Assembly: GCA_902515455.1 (NCBI GenBank)
Contig: CABXUO010000003.1
Coordinates: 1-59,777, forward strand
From: an uncultured SAR86 cluster bacterium
Lineage (GTDB): Bacteria > Pseudomonadota > Gammaproteobacteria > Magnimaribacterales > D2472
Length of the DNA stretch: 59,777 nt
Direction: 5' to 3'
In this document: in pieces, positions 55,838-59,777 of the stretch
Layout: the number at the start of each line of letters is the position of its first letter
Numbering within the stretch: position 1 is the stretch's first letter
The notes under the pieces: model-generated
Told to the model about the DNA's origin: nothing
The model's input: only the letters and a program-made list of their open reading frames with translations
Databases searched by the model: none
Translations under genes and position numbers: made by a program

Positions 55838-57013
55838 ATGTTAATTAATCTTTTTCATACAGTTCGCTCGTCGGGTGTGCCATGTACTCTGAGAGAACTG
55901 CTTGATTTATTAGGTGCCCTTGAAAAAAATCTTGCATTTGCCGACATGGAAGATTTCTATTTTCTTTCAAGAACTATTCTTGTTAAAGATGAAAAAAATT
56001 ACGATAAATTTGATAAAGCTTTTGAAATATATTTTAAGGGCATAGAAACTTTGGAAGATATTTTTGAAGCATTAATTCCAGAGGATTGGTTACGCAAAGC
56101 ATTTGAAAAGGAACTAGACCCAGAGGAATTAAAAAAAATACAATCACTTGGTGGTTTAGAGAAATTACTAGAAGAATTTAAAAAAAGATTAGAAGAACAA
56201 AAAGAGCGGCATGAAGGTGGCAATAAATGGATTGGTACTAATGGCACATCTCCTTTTGGTAATAATGGTCAAAACCCCGAGGGTGTAAGAGTAGGCGGAG
56301 AGGGTGGTCAAAAAAAAGCAGTAAAAGTCTGGGAACAACGACAATTTCAAAATTTAGATGATTCCGTTGAAATAGGAACTAGAAATATCAAAGTTGCTCT
56401 AAGAAGATTGAGAAAATTTGCTCGACAGAGTACCGAATATGAGCTGGACATGGATGGAACGATTAAATCGACTGCAAGAAATGCAGGAATTTTAGATATT
56501 AATATGATTCCTGAGAGAACTAATCATGTAAAGGTTCTTTTATTTTTTGATGTTGGTGGATCAATGGATCCATACATAAAACTATGTGAAGAACTTTTCT
56601 CAGCTCTTAAAACAGAATTTAAACATTTAAAATATTTTTATTTTCATAACTGTGTTTACGAGTCCGTGTGGGAAGATAACAGAAGAAGAACGCAAGAAAG
56701 ATTTTTAGTCCAAGATATTATTAATAAATATAGTGCTGACTATAAAGTAATTTTTGTTGGTGATGCGACTATGGCCCCATATGAAATAACTAATGCTGGA
56801 GGAAGTATTGAACATTGGAATGAGGAGCCTGGTGGCGCAACACTTAAGAGGCTATGTCAGCATTTTGATAAAGTTGCTTGGTTGAATCCTGTGCCTGATG
56901 ATCATTGGGACTATACCTCCTCTTTATGTATTATCAGAGAGTTGATGGATAATAGAATGTTTCCACTTACACTAAAGGGTTTAGAAGAGGGGATGGCAGA
57001 ACTTTCAAAATGA
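55838..57013 (+). CDS. VWA-domain protein (CoxE-like), partner of the MoxR ATPase
   Basis: 391 aa. Its start abuts the ATPase stop (TAAATG). The MIDAS-region sequence is LLFFDVGGSMD. Confidence 0.8.
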   Translation: MLINLFHTVRSSGVPCTLRELLDLLGALEKNLAFADMEDFYFLSRTILVKDEKNYDKFDKAFEIYFKGIETLEDIFEALIPEDWLRKAFEKELDPEELKKIQSLGGLEKLLEEFKKRLEEQKERHEGGNKWIGTNGTSPFGNNGQNPEGVRVGGEGGQKKAVKVWEQRQFQNLDDSVEIGTRNIKVALRRLRKFARQSTEYELDMDGTIKSTARNAGILDINMIPERTNHVKVLLFFDVGGSMDPYIKLCEELFSALKTEFKHLKYFYFHNCVYESVWEDNRRRTQERFLVQDIINKYSADYKVIFVGDATMAPYEITNAGGSIEHWNEEPGGATLKRLCQHFDKVAWLNPVPDDHWDYTSSLCIIRELMDNRMFPLTLKGLEEGMAELSK

Positions 57014-58395
57014 ATACAATTACAACATCTAAAAATAATGGAATTAAATGGGGGCCATTTACTCTAAGAATTCCATTTATTCATATAAAATTTCGAGCTC
57101 CTGAATTTCTTCAAGGCCTGGTAATTTCAGGGGCAACTGCTTTTGCGGCTGCACCTTTAGCTATGAAACTTGGCTTAACCTTTGAAGAAGCAGTTGCCCT
57201 TAGTATGGTTGCTGGAACTTTTATTTCTGCCGGCCCAATAATATTTGGTGAGCCAATGGCGCCTGGTTGGGTAACTCCTGCAGTACCAATAGTTATGGGT
57301 GCACTTGCAGCTGCTGGGTACTATGGAGTGCCAACCGAGGGATCAAGCGTATGTGTTGACGGAGTTTGTAGGTATAACCCAGAAGCATTTCAATTTATGG
57401 CAGCTATGTGTTTCGAATTTACTGCTTTAATTTTAATTTTAGGTTTAACTGGTTGGGGTAAGATTCTAGTTGAAAAAATTCCAAACGGATTGAAAGCTGG
57501 AATTATTTTAGGTGCAGCATTGGCAGCTTTTTATCAAGTCTTTTATGAAGATTTTGATGCGTACCTTATGCAGCCAGTATCTATGACAGTTGCAATCATT
57601 TTATGCGTCATTACTACCTTTTCAAATCCCTTTAAAAAAATTGCTGCTAAGCATAAGTTATTTGAAATCATTGGCTCTCTTGGATTACTACCGGGTTTTG
57701 TGATTGCTGGTATTGTTGCATTTTTGCTGGGAGAGTTAACTTTTAATATTGAATGGGGCTTTAAGATACCAGCTATCATAAGCTTGATTGAAAAGACGTC
57801 TCCAATTTATATTGGATTACCCTCATTACAAATGTATTTAGATGCACTTCCGCTTGTAATTATTGGTTACATGCTTCTTTTTGGAGATTTGGTAACTGCC
57901 ACAGAGGTCCTTAAAGATGCACAAAAACATCGAGATGATGAAAAACTACCAATTGATCTTAATAGATCGCATCTGTCTGTTGGTATAAGAAATTTGTTAG
58001 CCTCATTAATCAACCCATTCTTTCCTACACAAGGAGCTTTATGGACAGGCGTTCATGTCGTTGTTGCTGAACAATGGAAAAAGGGTCATAAACAAATGCC
58101 ATCAATTTTTGATGGTATTGGTTCTTATTATTTAATGGGAATCCCATTTTTATACTTTACTCTGCCTTTTGTAACTTTAATGCAGCCTTTGATGGTTATG
58201 GCTTTAACTTTAACACTGATTTTAACCGGCTTCGCGTGCGCATATGTTGCCATGTCGATACCAAATAAGAATTCAGAAATGGCAACTGCTTTACTCATTG
58301 CTTTTTTTATCACTTTTTATAGTGCATGGGTTGGACTTCTTATAGGATTATTATTAGCTATTTTTGTTGATGGGTTTGAAGAAGAGTCAGCATGA
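57010..58395 (+). CDS. Polytopic membrane protein of unknown function (possible permease)
   Basis: 461 aa with at least 10 hydrophobic segments. ATGA overlaps link it to both the VWA gene and the ABC ATPase gene. Confidence 0.6.
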   Translation: MNTITTSKNNGIKWGPFTLRIPFIHIKFRAPEFLQGLVISGATAFAAAPLAMKLGLTFEEAVALSMVAGTFISAGPIIFGEPMAPGWVTPAVPIVMGALAAAGYYGVPTEGSSVCVDGVCRYNPEAFQFMAAMCFEFTALILILGLTGWGKILVEKIPNGLKAGIILGAALAAFYQVFYEDFDAYLMQPVSMTVAIILCVITTFSNPFKKIAAKHKLFEIIGSLGLLPGFVIAGIVAFLLGELTFNIEWGFKIPAIISLIEKTSPIYIGLPSLQMYLDALPLVIIGYMLLFGDLVTATEVLKDAQKHRDDEKLPIDLNRSHLSVGIRNLLASLINPFFPTQGALWTGVHVVVAEQWKKGHKQMPSIFDGIGSYYLMGIPFLYFTLPFVTLMQPLMVMALTLTLILTGFACAYVAMSIPNKNSEMATALLIAFFITFYSAWVGLLIGLLLAIFVDGFEEESA

Positions 58396-59309
58396 ATCAA
58401 TTTGCACTTGAGATCACAGATCTAAAAAAAACCTATGATTCAGGTGTGGTTGCTTTAAAAGGTATCAATCTTACAGTTAAAGAGGGCGATTTTTTTGCAT
58501 TACTTGGACCAAATGGAGCAGGTAAATCATCAACAATAGGTATCATCGCCTCATTGGTAACTAAAAGCTCTGGAAAGGTAAAAATATATAACATAGATAC
58601 TGATGAAAACTTTCCAGATGCAAAGCGTCTATTAGGTGTAGTTTCTCAAGAAATTAATTTTAATAATTTTGAAAAAGTTATAGATATTGTTACAACTCAA
58701 GCAGGTTTTTATGGCATTCCTCTCAAAGAGGCCTTGTATAAAACTGAGTTAATATTGAAACGGTTAGGTCTTTGGGGTAAGCGAAATGAACAAGCAAGAA
58801 CTCTTTCCGGAGGCTTTAAAAGAAGGTTAATGATAGCTAAAGCTTTAATTCATGAACCCAAATTACTGATTCTTGATGAGCCAACTGCCGGTGTTGATAT
58901 TGAGCTGCGAAGGGAGATGTGGGACTTTTTAAAAGAGATTAATGCAAATGGAACCACTATAATTTTAACTACACACTATCTCGAAGAAGCTGAACAATTG
59001 TGTAAAAACATTGCAATCATCGATCATGGAGAGTTAATCGAAAATACAACAATGAAAAACTTGTTGAGTCGACTGGATGTCCAGGGATTTTTGCTTGATA
59101 TGGACAAGTCTCTTGAATCTCCGCCGGCAATTGCTAATTTTAAAATTGCACTTGAAGATCCTATGACTTTAAATGTAGAGATTAAAAAAGAACAATCCAT
59201 TAACCATCTTTTTGATCAACTAACCGAACAAGGAATAAAAGTTTTATCTATGAGAAATAAATCTAATAGATTAGAGGAAATGTTTATCGAAATGGTCAAC
59301 AAAAAATAA
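58392..59309 (+). CDS. ABC transporter ATP-binding protein (ABC-2 exporter type, YadG-like)
   Basis: Walker A GPNGAGKSS, signature LSGGFKRR and Walker B LLILDEPT. Confidence 0.9.
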   Translation: MNQFALEITDLKKTYDSGVVALKGINLTVKEGDFFALLGPNGAGKSSTIGIIASLVTKSSGKVKIYNIDTDENFPDAKRLLGVVSQEINFNNFEKVIDIVTTQAGFYGIPLKEALYKTELILKRLGLWGKRNEQARTLSGGFKRRLMIAKALIHEPKLLILDEPTAGVDIELRREMWDFLKEINANGTTIILTTHYLEEAEQLCKNIAIIDHGELIENTTMKNLLSRLDVQGFLLDMDKSLESPPAIANFKIALEDPMTLNVEIKKEQSINHLFDQLTEQGIKVLSMRNKSNRLEEMFIEMVNKK

Positions 59310-59311
59310 TT

Positions 59312-59777
59312 ATGAGTAAGAATAATGAAATTCTTGTTTCCTTAACAACTCTTATAAGAAAGGAGATAAAACGTTATTTAAGAATTTGGGTACAAACCTT
59401 AGTGCCACCAGCTGTAACAATGTCGTTATATTTTGTGATTTTCGGATCTTTAATTGGTCCAAGAATTGGAACCATGGATGGCTTAGACTATATTCAATTT
59501 ATGATTCCTGGGCTAATAATGATGTCTGTAATTACAAATTCTTACGCAAATGTTGTCTCTTCTTTTTACTCTGTAAAATTTCAGAAATCTATCGAAGAAT
59601 TACTAATTTCACCTATGCCAAATTGGGCAATATTAACTGGTTTTGTAATGGGAGGAGTGTCTCGAGGAATTTTAATTGGCTGTATAGTTTTTTGTGTCAG
59701 TTTATTTTTTTATCCTACATTTGATATTGCAAATCCCGCATTAACTGTTTTGGTATTAATTCTTACATCAATTCTTT
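59312..59777 (+). CDS. ABC-2 type transporter permease (YadH-like), 3' end outside the window
   Basis: My translation from the ATG at 59312 gives MSKNNEILVSLTTLIRKEIKRYLRIWVQTLVPPAVTMSLYFVIFGSLIG.., open to the window end. The ORF track misses it because there is no stop codon in the window. Confidence 0.8.
   Translation, partial: MSKNNEILVSLTTLIRKEIKRYLRIWVQTLVPPAVTMSLYFVIFGSLIGPRIGTMDGLDYIQFMIPGLIMMSVITNSYANVVSSFYSVKFQKSIEELLISPMPNWAILTGFVMGGVSRGILIGCIVFCVSLFFYPTFDIANPALTVLVLILTSIL

Noticed and set aside
59386-59724. 112-aa plus-strand ORF from the track
   Set aside because: It is out of frame with the convincing ABC-2 permease reading frame that starts at 59312 and is open to the window end. 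Its translation is low-complexity, Cys/Phe-rich and not protein-like.

Overview
This is an AT-rich, tightly packed chromosomal segment. Gene content (several TonB-dependent receptors, GH2/GH3 glycosidases, a sulfatase, photolyases) points to a streamlined marine Gammaproteobacterium, possibly SAR86-like; that assignment is inference only. Most of the window is core or accessory metabolism. It includes coaBC-panBCD and a complete arginine cluster of the N-acetylcitrulline type (argF'-argG-argE-argA/B-argC-argH). It also has two TonB-dependent receptors, malate synthase G, and a beta-glucoside/glucose module (GH2, SGLT-type symporter, glk, pgl, GH3, CBM9-like outer-membrane protein). Further genes are a Baeyer-Villiger monooxygenase, sulfatase and esterase group, two photolyase/cryptochrome genes, a PhoD-like phosphatase, ogt-bolA-RND, and a MoxR-VWA-membrane-ABC-2 operon. 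There are two tRNA-Gly genes (GCC and UCC). I saw no CRISPR array, transposase, integrase or prophage genes. The standout is a 277-bp module present twice as direct repeats (28501..28777 and 29769..30045). Each copy has a near-consensus sigma70 promoter, about 220 nt of ORF-less, purine- and GGA-rich sequence, and a strong intrinsic terminator. The last 195 nt of the two copies are identical. The copies bracket a patatin-like phospholipase gene, and the second sits directly upstream of a MarC-family membrane protein gene. I interpret it as a duplicated non-coding RNA, acting either in trans (as a sponge-type sRNA) or in cis (as a leader), and I cannot assign it to a known class. Secondary observations are a three-member family of secreted tandem-domain proteins, candidate operator palindromes, a divergent stand-alone L33-like gene and a PncC-like/nucleotidyltransferase fusion.
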